A stretch of DNA of 63,316 nt, the filler included. It is 6 parts of 6 records of this genome, joined end to end, with 100 filler letters (N's around TTAATTAATTAA, not from the genome) between each part and the next. Parts side by side here need not be neighbours in the genome. Positions count along the whole stretch, not along the records: positions 16,891 to 29,343 come from DRR723986_6352; positions 29,444 to 36,491 come from DRR723986_6381; 4 more parts are not named here. The stretch is one strand, 5' to 3'. Positions 18,413 to 29,444 of the stretch are shown here, in pieces. Under the pieces are notes generated by a model. It was given only the letters and a program-made list of their open reading frames with translations. It did not search any database and had not been told where the DNA came from. How positions within the stretch are numbered: position 1 is the stretch's first letter; every line of letters begins with the position of its first letter. A program made the position numbers and the translations under genes.

Positions 18413-19390
18413 ATGACCCATCTACTCAAGGGAGCGGCGCTTGCAGCGCTGCTGGCGGCATCCCCCGCCATTGCACAGGATCAGACCCTGCGCATGGCCA
18501 CCATCGCCCCAAGCCTGGGGCAGGCCATCACCATGGCCACATTCGCCAATATCGTGAATGACAATCTGGAGGGCGTGACCATCGAGGTCGCAGCAGGCGG
18601 CGCGGCCACCCTGCACCAGCTGGAGGTCGGGCGTGGCAATCTCGATTTCGCCATGACGTCCCCCACCATCTATGTGCTGATGGGTGGCGGCCGCGCGATG
18701 TACCAGAACGAGGCTGACGCGGTTGAGGCCACGGCTAATGTGAACCTGCTGATGTGGTTCCCTTATGGCCAGTATCACTATGCCGTGCGGGCTGACAGCG
18801 ACATTGAATTCCTCGACGATATCGAGGGCGCGACGGTCTTTATCGGGCCACAGGGTGGCGGTGCCTACAATGCCGCGCGGCGTTGGATCGAGGCCTCGAC
18901 CGGGCTGGTCGTGGGCGAAGACTACGAAGCGATTTCCGCCAACTGGCAGACCGGGTTTCAAGCCTTCCTCGATGGCAATATCGACATGTATGTGAACGGC
19001 TGTCTGGACCCCTGTCAGCAGTTCATTCAGGTGACCGAGACCGAGGCCATCCGCTTCATCGGGCCGGAAAGCACTGAAGGCGACGCAGTCACGGCGTTTC
19101 TTGGCAATTTCAGCTATCTGGAGGAGATCCCCGCAGGCGCCTATGCCAATCAGGCCAATGAGGCCGGCACATGGTCGCACAATACAGCAGTTGGAATCGC
19201 GGTCCGCGCCGATCTGGACGAAGAAACCGTCTATCAGATCACGCGTGCTTTCTGGGAAAACCTTGAACAGGTGACCTCGGACGCGCCATGGGCGGCTGCG
19301 ATCAGCATGGAATACGCGGTGCGTGATCTGGCGAATATGCCGCTGCATCCCGGCGCGCGGCGGTATTACGAGGAAGCGGGCGCGCTGTAA
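18413..19390 (+). CDS. TAXI-family TRAP solute-binding protein
   Basis: Signal peptide, C-terminal 'VYQITRAFWEN...PLHPGARRYYEE', adjacent to the fused permease. Confidence 0.9.
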   Translation: MTHLLKGAALAALLAASPAIAQDQTLRMATIAPSLGQAITMATFANIVNDNLEGVTIEVAAGGAATLHQLEVGRGNLDFAMTSPTIYVLMGGGRAMYQNEADAVEATANVNLLMWFPYGQYHYAVRADSDIEFLDDIEGATVFIGPQGGGAYNAARRWIEASTGLVVGEDYEAISANWQTGFQAFLDGNIDMYVNGCLDPCQQFIQVTETEAIRFIGPESTEGDAVTAFLGNFSYLEEIPAGAYANQANEAGTWSHNTAVGIAVRADLDEETVYQITRAFWENLEQVTSDAPWAAAISMEYAVRDLANMPLHPGARRYYEEAGAL

Positions 19391-19411
19391 CAGGCGTCTC
19401 TGCCAGGATCG

Positions 19412-19448
19412 GAAAGGCCAGCAGGCGGGTGCCGGGCTGGCCTTTTCT
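19412..19448. terminator. Bidirectional terminator-like hairpin
   Basis: GAAAGGCCAGC...GCTGGCCTTTTC between convergent genes. Confidence 0.6.
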
Positions 19449-20615
19449 TTAGCGGCCCCTGGTCAACGCCTCGGTGATGACCGGCACGATCGCCTCTACA
19501 GTCAGGGCGCGCGGGTTTGTGCCTGCGGCGCTGTCCTGAATGGCCTTGGCGGCTATGCGCGGCGCGCAATCTGCTGGAACGCCGATATCGGCAAGGGTCT
19601 TCGGAATGCCGATCTGGTCAAGCAGCCCGCAGATATGGGCATGGACCGCGTCAAAGTCGGTATCCTCCAACCCCATGGCCTGCGCCATGACCGGCACCTT
19701 TTCGGCGATGTCGGGTGCGTTGAAGCGGAGAACAGCGGGCAGCAGAACCGCGTTGGTCAGCCCGTGCTGCGTGTCATATTCTGCCCCCACCATATGCGAT
19801 ATGGCGTGAACCAGCCCCAGCCCCTTCATGAAGGCCACCCCGGCAAGACAGGAGCCTGCCAGCATCCCGCCGCGCGCCTCCAGATTGCCGGGCTCGTCCA
19901 CCGCGACGGGCAGCCAGCGGGCCACCAGCCGCAAGCCTTCCAGCGCCAGTCCGTCGCACAGCGGGTGAAAGCCCGGAACGCAATAGGCCTCGATCGCGTG
20001 AACCATGGCATCCGCGCCGGTCCAGGCGGTCAGATGCCGGGGCAGGCCAAGGGTGATCGCGGGGTCCAGCAAGGCCAGAGCGGGTTTCAGATCGGCATGC
20101 CAGACGCACCATTTCATGCCCTTGGCGGTGTCGGTGATCATCGCCGTGCTTTCCGTTTCCGCACCGGTTCCAGCCGTGGTGGGAATGGTGATCAGCGGCG
20201 GAAACGGGGCGTGTTGGGACATGTCGGGCGGCGACTGCTCGAACTCGAAGGCCCAGAGGTCGATGTCGTTCGTTGCCGTCAAGGCGATGGCCTTGCCGCC
20301 ATCCATGCCGCTGCCGCCGCCAATGGCGATGATGCCGTCATGATCCCCGCTGCGGAACATCGCCTTGCCGCCGGCGATTTCGTCGTCGCGCGGGTTGGGC
20401 GAGATCTCGGAATAGAGCGCTGCGTGCAAGCCGTCCGCTGACAGATACTCCATGAGATCGGTCAGAAACGGCAGCCCGGCGCTGCCCCTGTCCGTCACCA
20501 CCAAGGGCCGCACCATGCCCGCGTCGCGGCAGAACGCCCCGATCTCTGCCAACCGTCCGGGCCCGTAGGCGATCGGGATGGGGAAGCTCCAGTCCTGGGG
20601 GCCGAGAAGGGTCAT
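19449..20615 (-). CDS. Iron-containing alcohol dehydrogenase
   Basis: 'GGGSGMD', 'IPTTAGTG', 'DAMVHAIE', 'HAISH', 'HGLTNA'. Confidence 0.92.
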   Translation of the reverse strand: MTLLGPQDWSFPIPIAYGPGRLAEIGAFCRDAGMVRPLVVTDRGSAGLPFLTDLMEYLSADGLHAALYSEISPNPRDDEIAGGKAMFRSGDHDGIIAIGGGSGMDGGKAIALTATNDIDLWAFEFEQSPPDMSQHAPFPPLITIPTTAGTGAETESTAMITDTAKGMKWCVWHADLKPALALLDPAITLGLPRHLTAWTGADAMVHAIEAYCVPGFHPLCDGLALEGLRLVARWLPVAVDEPGNLEARGGMLAGSCLAGVAFMKGLGLVHAISHMVGAEYDTQHGLTNAVLLPAVLRFNAPDIAEKVPVMAQAMGLEDTDFDAVHAHICGLLDQIGIPKTLADIGVPADCAPRIAAKAIQDSAAGTNPRALTVEAIVPVITEALTRGR

Positions 20616-20700
20616 GATGGGGGCTCCGATCGGGGGCTGGGTGTCAGTCAGGCTTCACCATTGGCGCGGTGCGCGGCAGGGTCAAGCCCAACATCATGCG

Positions 20701-21318
20701 CTATTCATCCGGGTCGATCAGCCCGAGACCGCGCAGGTAGATGCCAATTCCGGCTTCCAGCAATTCCTCGGGCGGGAAGGGCGCGTTCCCACCGGGCTTG
20801 CCCCGCGCAAAAAGTTCCACCACCCCGTGACTCATCGCCCAGATATGGGCGGAAAACATGCTGGCTGGCGGACGTTTTTCGGGCGGGATGTGTTGAGACA
20901 GCGCTTCGGCGGCCTTTTCCAGGATCGCCCTGGACCGGGCGGCGGCTGTGGCCAGTCCCGGCGTTGCATTCATGGGGATGCCGCTTTCGAACATCGCCAT
21001 GTAGTGGCCGGGATATTTGCGCGCGAAGGCCAGATAGGCGCGACCCGTGGCCTCGAAGGCGGCGAGGGCCGATGGCCCGCCGCTTTCGAACGCATAATCC
21101 ATCACGTCGGCAAAAATCTCGTGCCCCTGACGCGCGCCTTCGGCAATCAGCGCCTCGCGTCCTTCGAAATGGCGATAGACGGCGGCGGGGGTCACACCCG
21201 CCGTTTTTGCCGCCTCGGACAGGGTAAAGCCGGTCGGACCCTTCTGTTCGATCAGTTCTAGTGCCGCATCGACAAGGGCCTGGCGCAGATTGCCGTGATG
21301 GTAGCCGCGTTTAGCCAT
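20701..21318 (-). CDS. TetR-family regulator (WHG-type C-terminus)
   Basis: '[11 protein letters not shown]', HTH '[12 protein letters not shown]', 'WAMSHG'. Confidence 0.92.
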   Translation of the reverse strand: MAKRGYHHGNLRQALVDAALELIEQKGPTGFTLSEAAKTAGVTPAAVYRHFEGREALIAEGARQGHEIFADVMDYAFESGGPSALAAFEATGRAYLAFARKYPGHYMAMFESGIPMNATPGLATAAARSRAILEKAAEALSQHIPPEKRPPASMFSAHIWAMSHGVVELFARGKPGGNAPFPPEELLEAGIGIYLRGLGLIDPDE

Positions 21319-22198
21319 TCGCAGTGCTGTCCGACCACATCTCGGGGCCGCCGCAAATGGCTGGATCGGGCTGGCCGACCAGATCATGGTTCTTGCGGTT
21401 ATAGTCGAGCCCGGACAGGATCTTGCGGATCACCGCCAGCCGCGCGCGGCGTTTGTCGTCGGACCGGATAACCGTCCACGGGGCCGAGGTGCTGTGCCCT
21501 CGATCCAGCGTTTCGCTGATGGCGGCGCTGTAGGCGTCCCACCTTTTCAGACCCTCGACGTCGATCCAGCTTAGCTTCCACTGTTTCAGCGGGTCGCTTT
21601 CCCGGTCGAGGAAACGGCGCAGCTGTTCGGCCCGCCCGACATTCAACCAGATTTTCACCAGATGGATGCCGTCGCGCACCATCATGTCCTCGAACTCTGG
21701 CAATTGACCAAAGAAGTTCTGACGCTGCGTGGGGGTGCAGAAGTTGAACACGTGTTCCACCACGCCGCGATTGTACCAGCTGCGGTCAAACAGCTTGATC
21801 TCACCACCTGCGGGCAGATGCTGGATATAGCGCTGGAAATACCATTGCGTCGCCTCTCGGTCCGTGGGTTTTGACAGCGCCACAACGGATGCCACGCGCG
21901 GGTTCAGGTTTTCACGCACCCGCTTGATTGCGCCGCCCTTGCCGGCGGCATCACGGCCTTCAAACACCACCGCGACCCGTTTGCCGCTTTCCTTGACCCA
22001 AGCCTGACATTTGACCAGTTCGATCTGAAGCGCCTCCAGCTGATCCTCGTAGTCGTCCTTGTCCATGCGGTCCTGATAGGGAAAGGACGGGTCCAGCACG
22101 CTGTCTTTCTTCGCGGTTCCGATAGCCTTGCGAATCTGGTCCGGGGCTGCGGATTGGAAGAACTGGCTTATGGCGCCATTGAAAGGCAGGTCTGTCAT
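21311..22198 (-). CDS. ppk2: Polyphosphate kinase 2
   Basis: '[11 protein letters not shown]', 'FDRSWYNR', 'WKLS'. Confidence 0.95.
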   Translation of the reverse strand: MTDLPFNGAISQFFQSAAPDQIRKAIGTAKKDSVLDPSFPYQDRMDKDDYEDQLEALQIELVKCQAWVKESGKRVAVVFEGRDAAGKGGAIKRVRENLNPRVASVVALSKPTDREATQWYFQRYIQHLPAGGEIKLFDRSWYNRGVVEHVFNFCTPTQRQNFFGQLPEFEDMMVRDGIHLVKIWLNVGRAEQLRRFLDRESDPLKQWKLSWIDVEGLKRWDAYSAAISETLDRGHSTSAPWTVIRSDDKRRARLAVIRKILSGLDYNRKNHDLVGQPDPAICGGPEMWSDSTANG

Positions 22199-22251
22199 GG
22201 ATCGGCTCTTTTTTGCTGTCTGCTCAGCATCAATATGGGCCGTGGGCGGGG

Positions 22252-23199
22252 CTAGTGCAATCCGGCGCGGGCGGCAGCGCGGTCGATTGCGGCCACAACG
22301 TCATCGGGATGACTGTGATGCGGCATGTGGCTGGCGCTGTCTATGGCGGTCAGGGTGGCACCGGGAATGGCGCGTGCCAGCGGCTGTGCATGGATGTGGT
22401 AGCCGACGGATGTATCACCCGTGGCGTGCAGGATTTCCGTTGGCACTTCGATCTCGCCATAGCGCGGGGCTTGCGCGGTGATCCAGCGCAGAAGATGCCG
22501 CCGTTGCAAGGCGTTGGCGCGCATGGACGCGCGGCGCAGCGTCAGCCGAGGCCCGAAATGGGAGGTGTATCCGGGAGGCGGCGCACCCGGCGCAAAGATC
22601 GCGGCGATCTGGCTGTCAATGACGCTGTCGGGGGTATAGGCGGTTATTGCGGGGATCAGCAGCTGTCGACCGGCCCAACTGGACAACAGGCTGTAATACG
22701 CGCCAAGCCCCGTGGTCCACGGGTGCGACACGGCCGAGACCGGCACCAAGGCCGCAATCTGGTCGGGATGGTTCAGGGCCCAGGCCAGCGCAACCGCGCC
22801 GCCAAGGCTTTGGCCCATGACAATCGGCTTTCTGGCCCCCAGCATCCGCGCCGCAGCCGCCAGAACGGCGGCCTGTTGCGCAAGGGAGGCGCCCTGCGGG
22901 GTGATCGGATCGGAATAGCCAAGCCCGGGCCGGTCGAGCGTAATCACCCGGTAGCGCTCTGTCAGTCGGGGCGCCAGCTCAAGGGTGAAATCCCGAAGAT
23001 TGCCGGACGACCCGTGGATCAGGACCAGATCGGGGCCGCTGCCCGCCACATGCGCATGGACCTGCACGCCGTCCACGTCCAGCAACTGCCCGAGCGGCGG
23101 GTGACTGGCCTCGGCCCGCGCCTCTTGCACGCCGGCGCGCCAATGGGTCAGACCCGCCAGCGCCCCGGCGGCGGCCAATGCGGTCAGACCGGCGGCCAT
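22252..23199 (-). CDS. Alpha/beta hydrolase
   Basis: 'LIHGS', 'DRPGLGYS', nucleophile elbow 'GQSLGG', 'SHMPH'. Confidence 0.9.
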   Translation of the reverse strand: MAAGLTALAAAGALAGLTHWRAGVQEARAEASHPPLGQLLDVDGVQVHAHVAGSGPDLVLIHGSSGNLRDFTLELAPRLTERYRVITLDRPGLGYSDPITPQGASLAQQAAVLAAAARMLGARKPIVMGQSLGGAVALAWALNHPDQIAALVPVSAVSHPWTTGLGAYYSLLSSWAGRQLLIPAITAYTPDSVIDSQIAAIFAPGAPPPGYTSHFGPRLTLRRASMRANALQRRHLLRWITAQAPRYGEIEVPTEILHATGDTSVGYHIHAQPLARAIPGATLTAIDSASHMPHHSHPDDVVAAIDRAAARAGLH

Positions 23200-23202
23200 G
23201 GC

Positions 23203-24147
23203 TCAGCCTCTCAGATCGGTGCGATCCAACCCGATGCGCGCCAGATCGAAGGGCGTTGTCTCGTAGATCTCGGAGATCCAGTTGCCGTAGAGCAGATGCG
23301 CATGGCTGCGCCAGCGGTTCTGGGGCGGCTTGGACGGGTCGTCATTGGGGTAGTAATTCGTGGGCACGTTGATCGGTGTGCCCTCGGCCACGTCACGATC
23401 ATATTCCTGCTTGAGCGTGCCGGAATCATATTCGAAATGATTAAAGACATAGAGCGCCCGATGCGCCTGATCTTCTACAAGAGCGGGGCCAACCTCATCC
23501 GAATGCAGCAGGATGCGCAGGCCGGAAACCGCGTCAATTTCATCCTTCCGCATTTCCGTCCAGCGGCTGACGGGCATCACCAGATCATCGGAAAATCCCC
23601 TCAACAGAGGGGTTTCTGGGGCAAGGTTCATGTGACGAAAGCAGCCGAATGCCTTGTGGTCGAGGATGTGTTTCTTCACCCCGTGGAAATGGTTGATCAT
23701 CGCCATCCCGCCCCAGCACACGCCAAATGTGGAATGCACATTGGTCTGGGTCCAGTCGAAGATGCGGGTCAGTTCGTCCCAATAGGTGACGTCGCCAAAT
23801 TCCAGATGCTCAATCGGCGCACCGGTGATGATCAGCCCGTCAAACTTCTCGCCCGTGGCTTCCACTTCGGTGAAGGGGCGATAGAATTCCTCCATATGCT
23901 CGGCGGCGGTGTTACGGGCCTGATGCTCGCTCATGCGGATCAGGCTCAGCTCGATCTGCAAGGGCGTTGCGCCGATCAGCCGGGCGAACTGGTTCTCCGT
24001 CTGGATCTTCTTGGGCATCAGGTTGAGCAGACCGATCCGCAGGGGCCGGATGTCCTGCCGCGCCGCTGCATCCTCGTCCATGACCATGACGCCCTCGTGC
24101 GAGAGCACGTCATAGGCGGGCAGGGTCGAGGGCAGTTTGATGGGCAT
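23203..24147 (-). CDS. metA: Homoserine O-acyltransferase MetA family (probably acetyl-specific)
   Basis: '[17 protein letters not shown]', '[10 protein letters not shown]', 'CWG', 'HFEYD', '[12 protein letters not shown]'. Confidence 0.95.
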   Translation of the reverse strand: MPIKLPSTLPAYDVLSHEGVMVMDEDAAARQDIRPLRIGLLNLMPKKIQTENQFARLIGATPLQIELSLIRMSEHQARNTAAEHMEEFYRPFTEVEATGEKFDGLIITGAPIEHLEFGDVTYWDELTRIFDWTQTNVHSTFGVCWGGMAMINHFHGVKKHILDHKAFGCFRHMNLAPETPLLRGFSDDLVMPVSRWTEMRKDEIDAVSGLRILLHSDEVGPALVEDQAHRALYVFNHFEYDSGTLKQEYDRDVAEGTPINVPTNYYPNDDPSKPPQNRWRSHAHLLYGNWISEIYETTPFDLARIGLDRTDLRG

Positions 24148-24182
24148 CGGAGGCTCCGGGGTTCTGGGTCAGAAGGGTCGAT

Positions 24183-25061
24183 TTAGGAAGTTTGTCGGCG
24201 GCTCTCAAGGGCGACGCCAACCAGATCGGTCACGTCCTTGGCATCGCGTACCGTGGCCACGTCGCTGGCCTGAACGGTGATGCCCCAGTTTTTCGCCATC
24301 CCGGCATAAAGCGGCACCCGGTGGCGGATCGCGCGGGCATAGGCGAAGCGGATGAAATCGTCGGGCACCACGTCGCCCGCATCCACGCCGCGTTCGCGTT
24401 TGAAGTCATCCCAGAGCTGCCGCATGATCCGTGGCTGGTAATACATCGGCTTCGGTGCTCGGTCGAACCGGCGGATCAGTTCGTCGGTGTGATCCTCGCT
24501 GCCCTCGATCCAGACCATCAGCGTGTTGGTGCTGAGCGTCTTCAGCACCTCGTCGCGCGGATCATCGGGGGTCACCACCTCGCAGATGGACCCGCCCGTG
24601 TCGCAGACGAAATTCGAGTATCCGTAAAGGTCATGGGCCCGGCGGATGAAATGCGGCGTATCGAGCAGCGCGTTCACTTCGGCCCGGCGGTGCAGATCCT
24701 GCCTGCGCATGTATTCGGTGAAGCTGAGCCCCCCCAGATCGGGATTGCCCGGCTTGCCCAGATAGGTCGACAGCGGTGCCAGATTGTCGAAGGTGATGTT
24801 GGACCCGATATAGATCGAGTCCGACCGCAGCAGCTCTGCCAGAAACGGCACCTGCATGGCCTGCTGTTTCAAGTTATCCGCGATATGTTCGCCCATATAA
24901 GCGGTGCCGATGCGGTAATCGACGGAATAGTGGAACCAGTGCCCCTCGGCGCGCAGAAGGTTGGCCAGATGCGTCTTGCCAAGCCCGGACATGCCAAAGA
25001 ACAGCACCCGTTTATCGGGGGCCGCGTCCCAGTCGCGGGCGGATTTGTAGATCAGGCTCAT
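24183..25061 (-). CDS. Conserved P-loop ATPase/kinase-like protein of unknown function
   Basis: 'FGMSGLGKT' Walker A, 'SVDYRIGT', 'CDTGGSICE'. Confidence 0.75.
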   Translation of the reverse strand: MSLIYKSARDWDAAPDKRVLFFGMSGLGKTHLANLLRAEGHWFHYSVDYRIGTAYMGEHIADNLKQQAMQVPFLAELLRSDSIYIGSNITFDNLAPLSTYLGKPGNPDLGGLSFTEYMRRQDLHRRAEVNALLDTPHFIRRAHDLYGYSNFVCDTGGSICEVVTPDDPRDEVLKTLSTNTLMVWIEGSEDHTDELIRRFDRAPKPMYYQPRIMRQLWDDFKRERGVDAGDVVPDDFIRFAYARAIRHRVPLYAGMAKNWGITVQASDVATVRDAKDVTDLVGVALESRRQTS

Positions 25062-25136
25062 GGCGCGTCGCTTTCCCATGGGTCGCAAAGGTCCGCATTC
25101 GATACCGCGCGGCGTGCCATGCGTCCATGCGGAATT

Positions 25137-26039
25137 TCAGCGCTTTAGCGCCCGCCACAACCGCCCGTCGAGGATCAGAAGCCCAAGCGCCAGCAAAGCA
25201 AAGCCAGCGAAAGCCGTGGGGGCAAGCCGTTCGCCAAGCACCAAAGCGCCAAGGCCGATGGCCACCGGCGGGATCATCAGCGTCACCAGCATGGCATTGG
25301 CGCTGCCTGCGGCCTGCACGATCCGGTAATAGAGCAGATAGGCCAGCGCCGTGCCGATCACCGCGAAATAGCCAATGGCGGCAAAGGTTTGCGGGTGAGC
25401 GGGCAGGGTGGGCACACCCTCCAGCCACAGGGCCAGCGGCAGCATGATCAGGCTCGATCCGGTCAGCATCCCGGCAGTGGCCACTTGCGGTTTTAGGTGA
25501 GACAACCTCGCTCGCGCCCATGCTGATGCGAAAGCATAAGAGAGCGTGCCCGTCAGAACGGCCAATTGCGCCAGCGACCGGATATCGAAGCTACGCAACG
25601 CATCAAGCCCGATCGCCACGGCAACCCCCGTGAAGGCCACCAGCACGCCCACCACCCGGCGCGGCGTCATCCGTTCATCGGCAAAACAGGCGGCGGCGAC
25701 GGGCACGGCGAACACGGCGGTGGCTGCGTTGAAGATCGAGGTCAGCCCGGTTTCGATATGCAACTGCCCCCAGGCCATCAGCGAAAAGGGGATGACGTTG
25801 TTCAGGATACCCATGACCAGAAACGCGCCCCAGACCCTTGGATCTCTCGGCACGGCCATGCGACGCAGCGCGACATAGGTCCACAGGATCAGCATCGCCC
25901 AGACCACCCGATGCGCGACAAGGGTGAACACACCGATCTCGTCCAGCGCCACGCGGATCGACAGGAAGGACGCGCCCCAGATGAGGCTGAGCAGGATCAG
26001 GTCGGCCCAGGCTCGGGCGGGGATGTTGGTGCTTGTCAT
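25137..26039 (-). CDS. DMT/EamA family transporter
   Basis: 10 hydrophobic segments, 'IWGASF', 'GTALAYLLYY', 'LGER'. Confidence 0.9.
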   Translation of the reverse strand: MTSTNIPARAWADLILLSLIWGASFLSIRVALDEIGVFTLVAHRVVWAMLILWTYVALRRMAVPRDPRVWGAFLVMGILNNVIPFSLMAWGQLHIETGLTSIFNAATAVFAVPVAAACFADERMTPRRVVGVLVAFTGVAVAIGLDALRSFDIRSLAQLAVLTGTLSYAFASAWARARLSHLKPQVATAGMLTGSSLIMLPLALWLEGVPTLPAHPQTFAAIGYFAVIGTALAYLLYYRIVQAAGSANAMLVTLMIPPVAIGLGALVLGERLAPTAFAGFALLALGLLILDGRLWRALKR

Positions 26040-26092
26040 ATCCGTTGCCTAAGCCGCATCGCCGGTCTGTGCGACCCGAAACCTGCGCAAAG

Positions 26093-26121
26093 AAAAACCC
26101 CGGACGCGGTGGCCCGGGGTT
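26093..26121 (-). terminator. Rho-independent terminator of the fadL-like gene
   Basis: AACCCCGG...CCGGGGTT with a U-tract on the minus strand. Confidence 0.75.
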
Positions 26122-26146
26122 GATCCTGTGACGTGTTGGAAAAGGC

Positions 26147-27274
26147 TCAGAAGTTGAAGCCAACCCGCAGACCGAAGGCCACAACGTCGTTGTCGTGGAA
26201 GTCGGAAGTGACAGGTCCGACCGGGTTCAGGACGGTATTCGCATCGCCAATCCTGACATAGCGGACACCGGCTGCGATCGACATGTTGCCTTGGGTGTAT
26301 TCCGCTCCGAGACCGAACGAGGTGAACCCGTCGGTCGGGCCGAGGTTGCCCGAGAACCCGTCCTGTTCAGCCTCATAGCCGACCGAAGCAGACACGGCCC
26401 AGTTTTCGTTGATTCGACGGGCAATGCCGAGAGTGTAGGTCCAGACATCCTCGTCATAGTCCACGAGGTTGCCCGACGGGGTCGGATAAGCGTTCGGAGT
26501 GATCGCGTAGCCATCCCAGTTGGTCCAACGGATCGAGCCGAAGAGCAGCGTGTTGGCCGCGATGCCCGACTGTGCCTCCAGCAAAACCGACTGGGGCAGG
26601 GTGTTGTTGAACGACGTGGCAGGGGCGGCAGCGAGAATGGCGGCTTCAGCGGTGCCCGGACCTGCGGGGGATTCCACACCGGACAGGCTCAGATCCACTT
26701 CGCTGAAATAGGTCAGGGCCACGCGCAAGGCGATATCGGGGCGCTCATAGGCGGCGCCGACCATATAGCCAAGTTCGTAATCGGTGTCGGCGCTCAGCGC
26801 ATAGGTGAACGCGCCAGCCACGCTAACGTAGACATCCCCTTCGACCTGCACGCCACGGATACCGCCGTACACGGAGAAGTTGTCGTTCAACTCATAGCGC
26901 AGGGCTGCGGTGATCTGGTGAGAGCTCAGCTCTGCGTAGGATCCCGCAAACGCGTAGCCGGTGCCGGTGGGGTAGGCAACACTGGCGCCAACCGGCTCAT
27001 CAAGGACGAGCGAGAAGGACAGGGCATCGGTGATGTCCTGATGGTAGCCAAGCGTCAACGTGTTGTAGGTCGGGCTGATGTCACCAGACGTTGCAGCAGG
27101 AAAGCCGGTCACGTTACCAGTGACGGATGGCGAAATCGAGCCGTAGCTCAGCTCCACATACGTGCCTTCTTCAAACAGAATACCGGTGGTGAAACCGGTG
27201 CGCTCGATGCCACCTGCGGATGCGATTGCCGTGCTAGCCAGCAGCGCCGCTCCTGCGAGAGTGATCTTTTTCAT
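26147..27274 (-). CDS. OmpP1/FadL/TodX-family outer membrane transporter
   Basis: Signal peptide + 'AGGIER', 'AYERPDIALRVALTY', 'LPQSVLLE', C-terminal Phe. Confidence 0.85.
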   Translation of the reverse strand: MKKITLAGAALLASTAIASAGGIERTGFTTGILFEEGTYVELSYGSISPSVTGNVTGFPAATSGDISPTYNTLTLGYHQDITDALSFSLVLDEPVGASVAYPTGTGYAFAGSYAELSSHQITAALRYELNDNFSVYGGIRGVQVEGDVYVSVAGAFTYALSADTDYELGYMVGAAYERPDIALRVALTYFSEVDLSLSGVESPAGPGTAEAAILAAAPATSFNNTLPQSVLLEAQSGIAANTLLFGSIRWTNWDGYAITPNAYPTPSGNLVDYDEDVWTYTLGIARRINENWAVSASVGYEAEQDGFSGNLGPTDGFTSFGLGAEYTQGNMSIAAGVRYVRIGDANTVLNPVGPVTSDFHDNDVVAFGLRVGFNF

Positions 27275-27437
27275 GTTGTCCCTCCAAAGACCGCGTACGG
27301 TCGTCCCTTATACTGCGAATACCACGCCAAAAGCGGTGAACTACGTCAATTCTTCCCTCACGTAAGGGACTGGTTTGGGGGGGTGTGGACAAAAATACAT
27401 CGCCGGTTGTGACGGATTTACTACAGATTACCCTACG

Positions 27438-28325
27438 TCACCTTTTCCGGGACTCGGTGACGACATTGACGTAATTCGCCCCGAAGATCAGCGCGGCCCC
27501 CAGGAATACCGACAGGGAGAGCGGCTCGTCATAGAGCACCATGCCAATGATCGCGATCACTGGCAGGCGTGCGAAATCGACGGGCAGCACCACCGTGGCG
27601 GGGGCCAGGGTCATGGCGGTTGTGATGCAGAAATGCGCTGTCAGCCCGCCAAGGCCAATGACGATGATCCAGGGCATCCCCTCAGCCGTGGGCAAGGCGA
27701 TATCGCCGTCATATCCGGCGCAGATCACGCCGAACACCAACTGCATGGCGGTCAGATAGAACAGGATGCAGGTAACCGATTGGCGTCGGGTCAGCTGCTT
27801 GGTGAAAATGCCGGTCAGGGCAAAGCAGATGGCCGCGGTGGCGGCCATGATCGTGCCCGATGAAATCGGCGTCGTGCCCGGTTGCGCCACGATCAGGATG
27901 CCGATGAATCCGCACAGCACGACACCGAGTTTCTTGAACGTGAAGCGTTCGCCAAGCAGGAAGGGTGCCAACAGGATGACCCAGAGCGGGCTGGTGAATT
28001 CCAGCGCAAAGACCTGCGCCAGCGGGATCAGCGTCAACGAGAAGAACCATAGGTTCTGGCCTGCGAAATGGGCAAGGTTGCGGGTTGCGTGGCGGGGCAG
28101 ATCGCGCGTGTTGATCTCGCCCAGTTTGCCGCGCAATGTGGCGATCGAGACAACGATAGCGAAGCCGATGATGGATCGGTAGGTCATCATCTCGAACGTA
28201 TCGAGATCCGAGGACAGCGCCCGCCCGGCCACCGCCATGGCCGAGAACGACACGATCGCCCCGATCATCCAGAGCGCGGCAAGCCCTGCCTGAGCAGGTT
28301 CGGTCTGTGTCGGAGTGGCGGTCAC
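27438..28325 (-). CDS. DMT/EamA family transporter
   Basis: 'FALEFTSPLW', 'LLGER', 'PVDFARLP'. Confidence 0.9.
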   Translation of the reverse strand: MTATPTQTEPAQAGLAALWMIGAIVSFSAMAVAGRALSSDLDTFEMMTYRSIIGFAIVVSIATLRGKLGEINTRDLPRHATRNLAHFAGQNLWFFSLTLIPLAQVFALEFTSPLWVILLAPFLLGERFTFKKLGVVLCGFIGILIVAQPGTTPISSGTIMAATAAICFALTGIFTKQLTRRQSVTCILFYLTAMQLVFGVICAGYDGDIALPTAEGMPWIIVIGLGGLTAHFCITTAMTLAPATVVLPVDFARLPVIAIIGMVLYDEPLSLSVFLGAALIFGANYVNVVTESRKR

Positions 28326-28412
28326 GGGAGGAATGATCCTGATAGCAAGCGCCGGCTAGGGCGCGTCGGGGCGACCAGACACCAGCCCCTGCGGCTTGGC
28401 AAGGGGGTGTGG

Positions 28413-28694
28413 TCAGTCGGACAGCCCGGTGACGGTATAGTCGCGCGGCACGCCTTCGCTGATCTTTGCCCAGTCAGAGCCCTGCGCGCGCGTCTGATGG
28501 GCGCGGAACGCATCGGAATCGGTGAATTCCTCGGCAACGTTGAAGCGGCCGGAAATGACGGGGTCTTCGGTCACGTCGAAGCTGATGCAGCCGGGTTCGG
28601 CGCGTGTCAGGCGAATGTGATCCACCAGCCCTGCGCGGATCTGGTCCAGCCGGTCCGCAGGCACGTCGATATGGCCCTTCAGGGTGACGGTCAT
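28413..28694 (-). CDS. Putative quinol monooxygenase (ABM domain)
   Basis: 93 aa, 'HIRLTRAEPGCISFDV', 'EEF...AFRAHQ'. Confidence 0.85.
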   Translation of the reverse strand: MTVTLKGHIDVPADRLDQIRAGLVDHIRLTRAEPGCISFDVTEDPVISGRFNVAEEFTDSDAFRAHQTRAQGSDWAKISEGVPRDYTVTGLSD

Positions 28695-28861
28695 CCTGCA
28701 TGCTCCTTCGGGTTTGTCGCGGCAGAAAACACCACAAGGCGTGGATGTGCCAGTGGAAATGTTGCAAGTCCCCCTCGCGGTCGTGATCATGACGGGTCTG
28801 GGCAAGCGGCTGCGCCGCCCCCATATTCTGCCCTGCATCACAGTCAAGAAGGGACCGCCCC

Positions 28862-29302
28862 ATGAGCTATGCCAAGACCGAAGACGCCCTTGCCCGCCTG
28901 ACCCCCGAACAATACCGCGTGACGCAGGAAAGCGGGACGGAGCGGCCGTTTTCAGGCGAGTATGACCAGCATTTCGAGCCGGGGCTTTACGTGGATGTGG
29001 TGTCGGGGGAGCCTTTGTTTGCCTCATCGCAGAAGTTCAATTCTGGCTGCGGTTGGCCGTCTTTTGCCAAACCCGTCGAGGCGGCGCATGTGACCGAACT
29101 GCGCGACACGACCCACGGCATGATCCGCACAGAGGTGCGGTCGGCCCATGGTGACAGTCATCTGGGGCATGTCTTCCCGGACGGCCCGCGCGAGATGGGG
29201 GGCTTGCGGTATTGCATCAACTCCGCCTCTTTGCGCTTTGTTCCGAAAGAGGAAATGGAGGCGGAGGGTTACGGCGCCTATCTGGATCAGGTCGAGGGCT
29301 GA
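28862..29302 (+). CDS. msrB: Peptide-methionine (R)-S-oxide reductase
   Basis: 'GTERPF', 'GCGWPSF', '[10 protein letters not shown]', 'RYCINSASL'. Confidence 0.97.
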   Translation: MSYAKTEDALARLTPEQYRVTQESGTERPFSGEYDQHFEPGLYVDVVSGEPLFASSQKFNSGCGWPSFAKPVEAAHVTELRDTTHGMIRTEVRSAHGDSHLGHVFPDGPREMGGLRYCINSASLRFVPKEEMEAEGYGAYLDQVEG

Positions 29303-29343
29303 GCACGTATCGGATTTCGCCGCGCCTTTGGCGCGTCGATCCG

Positions 29344-29443
29344 NNNNNNNNNNNNNNNNNNNNNNNNNNNNNNNNNNNNNNNNNNNNTTAATTAATTAAN
29401 NNNNNNNNNNNNNNNNNNNNNNNNNNNNNNNNNNNNNNNNNNN
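29344..29443. other. Artificial contig spacer
   Basis: 44 N + TTAATTAATTAA + 44 N. Confidence 0.99.
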
Positions 29444-29444
29444 T

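Noticed and set aside
22213-24186. 657-aa plus-strand ORF
   Set aside because: Antisense shadow of metA and the hydrolase in GC-rich DNA, with no motifs.
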